Below are positions 16,317-23,058 of a stretch of DNA of 33,242 nt, piece after piece (position 1 is the first letter of the stretch; each line of letters begins with the position of its first letter). Origin of the DNA: Nitrosopumilus sp. Nsub (lineage in GTDB: Archaea > Thermoproteota > Nitrososphaeria > Nitrososphaerales > Nitrosopumilaceae); the NCBI RefSeq assembly GCF_001541925.1, contig NZ_LQMW01000022.1, positions 1 through 33,242 on the forward strand, given 5' to 3'. The notes under the pieces are model-generated. The model ran no database searches. It was not told the DNA's origin and worked only from the letters and a program-made list of their open reading frames with translations. The position numbers were made by a program, and so were the translations under genes.

Positions 16317-17408
16317 ATGATAAAATCATCTGAAATCAAAAAAATTGTTAATGATTATTCAGATGTAAAAATCGGGGTTCTTGGAAGCCATTCTGCCTTA
16401 GAAGTGATGGACGGAGCAAAAGAAGAAAATTTTGAAACAACAGTTTTTTGCCAGAAAGGTAGAGAAGGACCTTATCAAAGATTTAACAGAATTGCAGATC
16501 AAATTATTGTTTTAGATAAATTCAAAGATATGGCATCAGCAAAAAATCAAAAAATGTTAAGAGATTCAAATACCATAGTTGTTCCACATAGATCACTTAC
16601 AGTCTATTTAGGGTACAAAACAATTGAAGATAAATTTAAAGTTCCAATTTTTGGAAATAGAAAATTATTTCAAGCTGAAGAAAGAACTGCAAAAAAAGGA
16701 CAATACTACCTATTAGAAAAAGCTCGAATCAAATATCCAAAGTTATTCAAAGACCCAAAAAGAATCAACAAGCCATCCATTGTAAAAGTTCAAGAAAAAA
16801 ACAGACCACTTGAAAGAGCATTCTTCACGGTTTCATCATACAAAGATTACAAAGAAAAATCCGAAGAGAAAATCAAACAAGGGGTTATTGCAAGAAAAGA
16901 TTTGGAAAAAGCAAGTATTGAAGAGTTAGCTATTGGAACATACATGAATTTTAATTTCTTTCACACTCCCATTTCAAATCAAGTTGACTTTATAGGAATT
17001 GAAAGAAGACTTCAAACAAACATTCATGATTATAATGCATTACCAGCAAGAGAGCAAATGGAAATGGACATAGATTTGCAAAATATAGAAGTTGGACATA
17101 CCCCAGCTAGTATCAGAGAATCACTTCTTGAAAAAGTCCTGAAAATGGGAGACAAATTTGTGGCTGCAGTAAAAAAAGAATATGCTCCAGGGATAATTGG
17201 ACCATTTTCACTTCAAAGTGTTATTACAAAAGATTTAGAATTAATCGTCTATGACGTTTCATTAAGAGTTCCAGGAAACCCAATAGTTGCAACAACAAGT
17301 CCATATACAAAATATCAATATGGTCAAACATTTGGAGTCGGAAGAAGAATTGCAATGGAAATTAAAAGAGCTCAAGAAGAAGATCGTCTTGATGAGATAG
17401 TCACATAG
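16317..17408 (+). CDS. purP: 5-formaminoimidazole-4-carboxamide ribonucleotide (FAICAR) synthetase, ATP-grasp, archaeal type
   Basis: IGVLGSHSALEVMDGAKEENFETTVFCQKGREGPYQRF and the C-terminal ATP-grasp part match PurP. The MIKSSEI start (16317) aligns with known PurP N-termini and sits ~25 nt after the TATA-like TTTTACATATATT. The track start is 16296. Confidence 0.9.
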   Translation: MIKSSEIKKIVNDYSDVKIGVLGSHSALEVMDGAKEENFETTVFCQKGREGPYQRFNRIADQIIVLDKFKDMASAKNQKMLRDSNTIVVPHRSLTVYLGYKTIEDKFKVPIFGNRKLFQAEERTAKKGQYYLLEKARIKYPKLFKDPKRINKPSIVKVQEKNRPLERAFFTVSSYKDYKEKSEEKIKQGVIARKDLEKASIEELAIGTYMNFNFFHTPISNQVDFIGIERRLQTNIHDYNALPAREQMEMDIDLQNIEVGHTPASIRESLLEKVLKMGDKFVAAVKKEYAPGIIGPFSLQSVITKDLELIVYDVSLRVPGNPIVATTSPYTKYQYGQTFGVGRRIAMEIKRAQEEDRLDEIVT

Positions 17409-17412
17409 AAAA

Positions 17413-17976
17413 TTATAAACTGTTTATTTTTCCAGTATGTGTTTTAAAATATTCTTGTAGTGCCACGTTTGAACGAACATCTTTGTATGAATCTAACATC
17501 ATTTCCATAATTCGATTTATATGATTTTGTAGTCGTTTAATTCGTTGTTGTGCAATAGGATGTTGTAAAATTCTGATTTTGTCAAAATGATCAATTCTGG
17601 AAATCACCATTGTAACTCGATTAATTTCTTCTTGAATGTGTTCGAGTAATTCCAATCCATCCTTTGTGAAACCAAATCTTCCACCATCACTCATCATAAT
17701 GGTAGGAGTTTTTTGGATCATCTCAATTTCATATTTTTGATAATCTAAAAAATTATCTAACATTAATGAAAATTGATCATGATTTTGTGGTTTATCTAGT
17801 TTTTTATAAAATAGATTATTTTTTAGAGTTCGAGATTCAAGAAATCCCATATAGACAAGTCTGTTAATTGATTCAATCACTTCAGATTCACTTCCACCAC
17901 ATCTTTCTACAATGTCTTTTTTTTCAATCCATTGTGAAGTACAAAATAGAATGTAATCATCATGAATTGTAACCAA
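17413..17976 (-). CDS. Winged-helix plus helical-domain protein (~190-aa putative transcription regulator family)
   Basis: 187 aa with a TTG start and no in-frame ATG nearby. The N-terminal wHTH-like segment is KKDIVERCGGSESEVIESINRLVYMGFLESR. Its architecture is shared with ORFs 26301..26867 and 30424..31005. Confidence 0.55.
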   Translation of the reverse strand: MVTIHDDYILFCTSQWIEKKDIVERCGGSESEVIESINRLVYMGFLESRTLKNNLFYKKLDKPQNHDQFSLMLDNFLDYQKYEIEMIQKTPTIMMSDGGRFGFTKDGLELLEHIQEEINRVTMVISRIDHFDKIRILQHPIAQQRIKRLQNHINRIMEMMLDSYKDVRSNVALQEYFKTHTGKINSL

Positions 17977-18057
17977 TGTATTTTGATTGAATATAGTGGA
18001 TTTCTAATATGTTTAGATGAAAATGAAATGAATCAAGAGCATATGGAAAATGAAAAG

Positions 18058-18151
18058 GCGTAAACCCCATAACTGCAGAACATTTAGAGATTTCCTCTTG
18101 TGGTCAAGCGTCTAAACGCCTGAGTGCCTTTTTCGTTCTGCGGGGTTACGC
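18058..18151. ncRNA. GC-rich structured RNA-like element of unknown class (or a palindromic element)
   Basis: Closing helix of 17 bp: 18058-18063/18146-18151, 18065-18068/18142-18145 and 18075-18081/18135-18141, with a 6-nt bulge. Inner hairpins are AGAG/CUCU (18086-18098) and GCGU-CUAA-ACGC (18108-18119). This is the only G+C-rich island within AT-rich spacer. Confidence 0.35.
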
Positions 18152-18346
18152 AAGTTATTCGTTAGATTTTGTAACTAACGACATCATAGTATATACAAAC
18201 TACAACTATTTAAGATTAAATTGTAATAATTTCAAATTATAATAAAAATATTCAAAATTGTAGGCTTCATAATTAAAATAATCATAAGAAAAACATATTT
18301 TCAATAAAAAAAATGGTATTTTGTTAATTGGTATCTCTAAAATTCC

Positions 18347-18363
18347 AATTTCATTTTGAAATT
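18347..18363 (-). terminator. Possible terminator hairpin after the large surface-protein gene
   Basis: AATTTCA-TTT-TGAAATT perfect 7-bp hairpin, 9 nt after the stop at 18372. On the minus strand it is followed by GGAATTTT. Confidence 0.25.
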
Positions 18364-18371
18364 CCAAATCC

Positions 18372-20897
18372 CTACCAAAACTTCCACCATGGCTTTGGTG
18401 TCTCATTTTGTAATACAACACAATAACCATCTACCATTACAGTTCCCATACCGCAAGTTGGAGTAGGCTCTGGAATGTATTGTGGTTCAGATGGAATCAT
18501 ATCATTTGATTCTACTGGTTCTGAAATGTATGATGCCTCTGAGATAAATTCTACTGGAGATACAACAGAATCAGCTACAGGTTCTGGGATGTATTGTGAA
18601 ATTGATTCACTAGTTTTTGGGACGTTTTGTTTTTCATTTACCATTTCATTAGCAATAGGTTTTACAATTTTTTCATCAGACATCATAACAACATCTACAG
18701 CAGTATTAGCAACGACACCATGTTGGTCTGATGTGTATCCTGAAGTAATTGATGTTCCTTGTTGTTGTGAAGTGTACATGGTCTCACCAGTGTATGTTCT
18801 GTTCAAATCATTTCCATGGGGATAATACCTTTCATCAAAAGTATTTTTTTTGTTGTTTACTGCAATGCTAAAGTCAGTTATACCTTCAGGAAGTATGGCA
18901 CTATACAGTACAATATTTTCATCAATGAGGGGTTGTTCCAATGATAATCCCATAGATTGTTTACCAGAGTCAGTTGTAACACTAGCAGAGACGGTACCGC
19001 AAGTAGAATAAGCTTGTAGGGTTACAAGATTTGTATCAATAGAATAATTGACGTTATACACCATTAGAGATTTACCAGTTCCAAATCCCTTAGAGTCACA
19101 ATTGTTTCCGCCGCCACCTGAACTTGAGGAACTTGATCCACTACCTGAACCTGAACCTCCAACTCCAAATGGAGATAGTGACGTTACAGTACAAGAGATT
19201 TTGTTGTTAGTCTCATCTACAGTACAATTGGATTCTGTTTTCCATTCTCCACCAGTATAGTGTATCATGGTCAAATCAGATTCTGCAGTTCCTGCAGGAA
19301 TGTTTGACTCTGTGTAAGATAGTGTTATGGTAATGTCTCCAGATATGGTTGCAGTTCCAGTTGAGACATTTGTAACTGAACCAATAGTTTCAACAGTTCC
19401 AGCATTGCTGGTACTAACTGAAACTTTTCCAGTGTCTCCGACTGCAGTACTTGCAGGAATATTTGCAGGATCATACAGGTCTGATGTAATTGTTCCATCA
19501 CCAGTTACTGAAGCAAAGGACATCTCCAATCCTGCACCTTCTACTGCAAAGGATTTATCATTTGAAGAAATAGAGTTTGATGTGGCAGCAGGATCTTGTC
19601 CTGCAGTTAGAAACTCACCAGGAGCTAAATACTTTGATGCATCATTTGGAATACAGGTGTTTGCAGATGTGTCAGTTCCACAAGTGATTTGTTCAAGCAT
19701 TACACCAAATGCAGGAATTGTGTTTACTGGAATAGTTTGTGTATCTTTGAATGTAGTTCCACTACCAAACGATGTTCCTTCCATGAAAGTTTGAATTTTT
19801 CCTGTGAAATCATTTGAGTCCCCAAAGTGCATGTATTTGTCAAAAGTTTGAGCGTTTGCTCCCCAGTCTTGTGAATCTGCAAATGCAGTAGATTCTCCAA
19901 AAGTCATGCCAGCACCAAAGGTTTGTGCACCTGATGAGAAATCAGCACCTACCCCCATGACTTCACCTGCTGAGAACTGACCACCAGAATTGAAAAACAT
20001 TGCAGCAGCTGAAAAATCATGGTCTACATTTGTGAAATCCTGGTTTGCTGCAAACTTTGCTGCAGCACCAAATGTTTGAGCTGCATTAAATGTCTGAGTA
20101 CCTGCTGAGAAATCAGCTTTTTCTCCCCATGTGTTTGCAGCTGCAAAAGTTCCACCGCTACCAAACTCTTGGGCATCTCCAAATGTTTGTGCAGAGCCAA
20201 AGGACTGACTTGCTGCAAACTTTGTTCCCTCATCGAAGACTTGGTTTGCACCAAATGTCATTGCACCACCAGAGAAATCCTGATTTGCCTTGAAAGTAGT
20301 TCCTGCTTGGAAGCGGGTTCCAGTATCAAATGATTGTGTTCCTGTAAAAGTGTAATTTTCAGCATAGTTATAGGAAGTACCAGAACCTGATGAAGAGTAA
20401 CTTCCAGTGCCAACTGAATTAACTGCTGCTACCTTGAAATAATATGCAGTTCCTTTTGGCAATCCAGTTACAGTTGCAGTTGTTGCAGTACTGGTGCCAT
20501 CAGAAAATGTACTCCAGTTTGAATCATCAGGGGATATTTGTATGATATAATCAGTAATGGAAGAACCACCATCAGATGGTGCACTCCATGAAAGTGCAGT
20601 AGTGTCAGTTCCAGGAGTTACTGTAACTGTTCCAACTTGAGATGGTGCAGTAGTAGAGGAAGTGATAGTAAATGTGGAGATGTAACCATCATTACCCTCA
20701 CCAGAATAAGCTAAAGCGTAGGTGTCTGAATCCACTTGGACAAGAGAATTATGGGCGCCCCATATTTCATCATGTTCTAAAGTTGCAACTTCTGTAATTG
20801 AAGAACCATCATTTGCAAATGAATCTTCAATTGGAATTAATGTACTAGTTAAAAGAGTAACAGACAGAAATACGATAATGAATTTTTTGAAATTCAT
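18372..20897 (-). CDS. Large secreted surface protein: signal peptide, FN3 domain, ~30 hexapeptide repeats, Gly/Ser linker and a Cys-containing C-terminal region
   Basis: ATG at 20897 (MNFKKFIIVFLSVTLLTSTLIPIEDSFA) is preferred over the track start 20972. The FN3-like segment is ALSWSAPSDGGSSITDYIIQISPDDSNW...YYFKVAAVNSVGTGS. The C-terminus carries YIPEP-type repeats and CGMGTVMVDGYCVV. Confidence 0.85.
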   Translation of the reverse strand: MNFKKFIIVFLSVTLLTSTLIPIEDSFANDGSSITEVATLEHDEIWGAHNSLVQVDSDTYALAYSGEGNDGYISTFTITSSTTAPSQVGTVTVTPGTDTTALSWSAPSDGGSSITDYIIQISPDDSNWSTFSDGTSTATTATVTGLPKGTAYYFKVAAVNSVGTGSYSSSGSGTSYNYAENYTFTGTQSFDTGTRFQAGTTFKANQDFSGGAMTFGANQVFDEGTKFAASQSFGSAQTFGDAQEFGSGGTFAAANTWGEKADFSAGTQTFNAAQTFGAAAKFAANQDFTNVDHDFSAAAMFFNSGGQFSAGEVMGVGADFSSGAQTFGAGMTFGESTAFADSQDWGANAQTFDKYMHFGDSNDFTGKIQTFMEGTSFGSGTTFKDTQTIPVNTIPAFGVMLEQITCGTDTSANTCIPNDASKYLAPGEFLTAGQDPAATSNSISSNDKSFAVEGAGLEMSFASVTGDGTITSDLYDPANIPASTAVGDTGKVSVSTSNAGTVETIGSVTNVSTGTATISGDITITLSYTESNIPAGTAESDLTMIHYTGGEWKTESNCTVDETNNKISCTVTSLSPFGVGGSGSGSGSSSSSSGGGGNNCDSKGFGTGKSLMVYNVNYSIDTNLVTLQAYSTCGTVSASVTTDSGKQSMGLSLEQPLIDENIVLYSAILPEGITDFSIAVNNKKNTFDERYYPHGNDLNRTYTGETMYTSQQQGTSITSGYTSDQHGVVANTAVDVVMMSDEKIVKPIANEMVNEKQNVPKTSESISQYIPEPVADSVVSPVEFISEASYISEPVESNDMIPSEPQYIPEPTPTCGMGTVMVDGYCVVLQNETPKPWWKFW
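19742..20348 (-). repeat. Coding tandem repeat: ~30 copies of the hexapeptide F-[GAS]-x-x-[QT]-x (occasionally 7 aa)
   Basis: FGANQV FDEGTK FAASQS FGSAQT FGDAQE FGSGGT FAAANT WGEKAD ... read directly from the translation (about residues 184-385). Confidence 0.8.
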
Positions 20898-21067
20898 ATA
20901 ATATAAAAAAATTGGAGAATATTTATTTTTTTTTTGTAAAGTCATAAAAATAAGAAAAATCAATACAATCAAGATAAAAATACAAAAAACAACAGATCTA
21001 TTCCTACCCAGAAACCTTTAAGATCAAGTTTTACCATTAGAAAGTAATGATAGGGAAAACTTCTTAC

Positions 21068-21112
21068 GTTAGATTGGAAAACAAATCCCTAGTTAATTGG
21101 TTAGATTGGAAA
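21068..21112. promoter_or_regulatory. Direct repeat GTTAGATTGGAAA x2 (32-bp spacing) in a divergent intergenic region
   Basis: Exact 13-mers at 21068-21080 and 21100-21112. The core GTTAGATT recurs at 18161-18168. Confidence 0.3.
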
Positions 21113-21135
21113 TATACTGAATACCATTCGTTCTA

Positions 21136-21170
21136 ATTTTGAATGATTAAAACGGTTTGACATTCAAAAT
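21136..21170. promoter_or_regulatory. Perfect 10-bp inverted repeat ATTTTGAATG-N15-CATTCAAAAT upstream of the gene at 21228
   Basis: Arms at 21136-21145 and 21161-21170, ending 57 nt upstream of the ATG. Confidence 0.3.
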
Positions 21171-21227
21171 GGATTGCTGATACCAATTAACAGTCAAATT
21201 CTTTTAGTGTTCAGAGTAACAGAAAAT

Positions 21228-21503
21228 ATGGGGAAAATAATATTCATTAAAGAAATCAACAGCATTCAAAAAGAACCTAGATTGTGTCCAACGTGTCAAA
21301 AATCAGATAGATTAGAAAAAGATTTGATTAGAGAAGAAAGATCTTCAGGAAAAACAATTCTTTGCACACGATGTGAAGCATTAATTGTAGTTACAACCAA
21401 TAAAATAATCAAGCCAGAACTATCACCAATAAAAGATGATACTATCATGTTAAAAGAACCCCACATAATTAGACAAATATCAACTTTTAATCATCTAATG
21501 TGA
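21228..21503 (+). CDS. Small zinc-ribbon protein (CPTC...CTRC)
   Basis: ATG at 21228 (MGKIIFIKE) lies within track ORF 21174..21503. Two CxxC pairs are 24 residues apart. Confidence 0.55.
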   Translation: MGKIIFIKEINSIQKEPRLCPTCQKSDRLEKDLIREERSSGKTILCTRCEALIVVTTNKIIKPELSPIKDDTIMLKEPHIIRQISTFNHLM

Positions 21504-21516
21504 CAATAGATTTTAG

Positions 21517-21819
21517 ATGAATTCAGATTCTTTTGACACAGTAGATTATCTTATCTTAGCTTCAATTACACATGGAGTAACAAAATATACCAATATTTTT
21601 AAAAATTGTAAAAAAACAAATGCGGGAAAATTTAGGGAGCATGTAAACAAATTAGAGAATTTAGATTTTATTACAATTAATAAAAATGATAGTTGGTTTA
21701 CAAGAAATACAAATCCTTCAATTATTTTAAAAGAAGAAGGACAAAAATTTGTTAAAGAATATTCAACAAAGATCAATCAAGAATGGGAGTTATTTGTAAT
21801 AAGAGATAAAAAATTATAA
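21517..21819 (+). CDS. Small winged-helix-like DNA-binding protein (tentative)
   Basis: 100 aa. The pattern LILASITHGVTKYTNIFKNC...FREHVNKLENLDFITI is compatible with a wHTH. Confidence 0.5.
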   Translation: MNSDSFDTVDYLILASITHGVTKYTNIFKNCKKTNAGKFREHVNKLENLDFITINKNDSWFTRNTNPSIILKEEGQKFVKEYSTKINQEWELFVIRDKKL

Positions 21820-21821
21820 GA

Positions 21822-22070
21822 TTAATTTTTTGATTGTGACAATAATTCTTTAATTACATATCCCCTAACATTAGCAAACTCCCATTCTTTTAGATTTGCC
21901 AAACGACATTCTTCTTTGATTATAAGACCTGCAAGTCCATCACTCCAAATATGACGTTTTACATCATAAACTTCAATAATTTTACCGCGCTTTGAAATTT
22001 TAATAGCACCATGGCATCGACTGATAATTTTTAATGCCACTTTTGCATATAATTTTTCAAAATTAGTCAT
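21822..22070 (-). CDS. Hypothetical protein (82 aa)
   Basis: ATG-initiated ORF with no recognisable motif. Confidence 0.5.
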   Translation of the reverse strand: MTNFEKLYAKVALKIISRCHGAIKISKRGKIIEVYDVKRHIWSDGLAGLIIKEECRLANLKEWEFANVRGYVIKELLSQSKN

Positions 22071-22148
22071 AATAGAATAACATCATTTCATTTCAAAAAG
22101 CTTCTGTTTAATTATTTAACATCAATATATTGGATCAAAAATAAAAAC

Positions 22149-22219
22149 AAATGCTGATGATTAATCAAATTTTTAAGCTACACTGACGAGTGATGAAATT
22201 GCCGAATTATGAAGCATTT
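22149..22219 (+). ncRNA. Candidate C/D-box sRNA (2'-O-methylation guide)
   Basis: 5' stem AAATGC (22149-54); C box TGATGA (22155-60); D' CTGA (22183-86); 4-nt loop; C' TGATGA (22191-96); a guide of exactly 12 nt AATTGCCGAATT; D-like ATGA (22209-12); 3' stem GCATTT (22214-19), complementary to the 5' stem. Caveats: the D box is AUGA rather than CUGA, and the C-D' spacer is 22 nt. Confidence 0.5.
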
Positions 22220-22236
22220 ACAAATTAAGGATAAAA

Positions 22237-22449
22237 TTAACAATGATCATGACCACAGTCACAACTATGATCATCACCCTGAAGGGATCTTAATTTTGTA
22301 ATCATATCATCATGAATTTTAAGTAAATCAGTTACCTGATTTCTTAAACTTTCATCCATCCAATTTGCTTCTTGTAATGTTCGAACCGTTTCAATTATTT
22401 CAAGATCAGTGTTCAAAATATTATCCATTAATTCTTCTTGTTGTTCCAT
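22237..22449 (-). CDS. Small helical protein with a Cys/His-rich C-terminal tail (DDHSCDCGHDHC), a possible metal binder
   Basis: 70-aa ATG ORF. The tail motif is read from the translation. Confidence 0.5.
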   Translation of the reverse strand: MEQQEELMDNILNTDLEIIETVRTLQEANWMDESLRNQVTDLLKIHDDMITKLRSLQGDDHSCDCGHDHC

Positions 22450-22494
22450 AGCATATCACAAATACACTTAGAAAAAAACCATTCGGAGAGAAAA

Positions 22495-22932
22495 CTATGC
22501 TTCCATTTGTTCTTTAAGTAATTTTTTTCTAACCAAAATTGGAATTTTGTAATATGCGCCTAATGCCATTGCATCTGAAGCTCTATGATTTTTTAAAACC
22601 AAATCCTTCTTACCAGTAAAATACAGGTTTGCTCGTAGCACATCACCACTTTCATAAATTTTGACTTTCACAAGAGATATTTCATTTTGTTCACAAATTT
22701 CTTCAATCATTCGATAAATTGATGGAGATTGTTCATCATCAGGTTCATCAAAACTTGAGATATGTTTTGCAACTTCTCCCGAAAAAGCCCGCATATGAAA
22801 CTCTTTTCCATTATCAGCTTTTAGAATAACCATTCCTTCTAAAGCATAAGGATCTACAAATCCAACATAATTAATTTTTACAGAATCATAATCAGGATCA
22901 GGAGCTTGATCAATTTTCATCGTATTACGCAT
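22495..22932 (-). CDS. Bifunctional nuclease family protein (DUF151)
   Basis: GKEFHMRAFSGEVAKHI...PSIYRMIEEI...VKIYESGDVLRANLYF...HRASDAMALGAYYKIPILV matches the DUF151/BFN pattern. Confidence 0.75.
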   Translation of the reverse strand: MRNTMKIDQAPDPDYDSVKINYVGFVDPYALEGMVILKADNGKEFHMRAFSGEVAKHISSFDEPDDEQSPSIYRMIEEICEQNEISLVKVKIYESGDVLRANLYFTGKKDLVLKNHRASDAMALGAYYKIPILVRKKLLKEQMEA

Positions 22933-23058
22933 AAAGTATGCAGATATTATTTATAAAGATAGCAAAAATGTGGGATCAAAATTTAGATAGACCTTAAAAA
23001 TAATTTATTAATTAAATACTACCCCAAATTATTTAAAATCCAGATATAAGGAAGCTTA

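Noticed and set aside
18058-18151. Interpretation of the GC-rich element as a tRNA (possibly intron-containing), 5S rRNA, SRP RNA or RNase P RNA
   Set aside because: It has no 7-bp acceptor/T-arm geometry or GTTCRA T-loop on either strand. The 17-bp closing helix is incompatible with a cloverleaf. It is too short for SRP or RNase P RNA, and it lacks their conserved motifs as far as I can recall them.
18206-18430. 74-aa ORF downstream of and overlapping the end of the surface-protein gene
   Set aside because: It is extremely AT-rich spacer sequence with Tyr/Asn/Phe/Lys runs, overlaps the 3' end of a real gene, and has no start context or motifs.
18475-20293. Multiple ORFs on both strands within the surface-protein gene (18475..18825+, 19048..19260+, 19327..19794+, 20024..20254-, 20090..20293+)
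   Set aside because: The repetitive, low-stop composition of the Gly/Ser/Thr/Phe-rich gene keeps alternative frames open. Only the 18372..20897 frame gives a signal peptide, an FN3 domain and a coherent repeat.
19742-20348. Periodic DNA that could superficially suggest a CRISPR-like or satellite array
   Set aside because: The period is 18 nt and degenerate at the DNA level, it lies inside a long ORF, and the periodicity is at the protein level (hexapeptide). There are no repeat-spacer units of 25-40 nt anywhere in the window.
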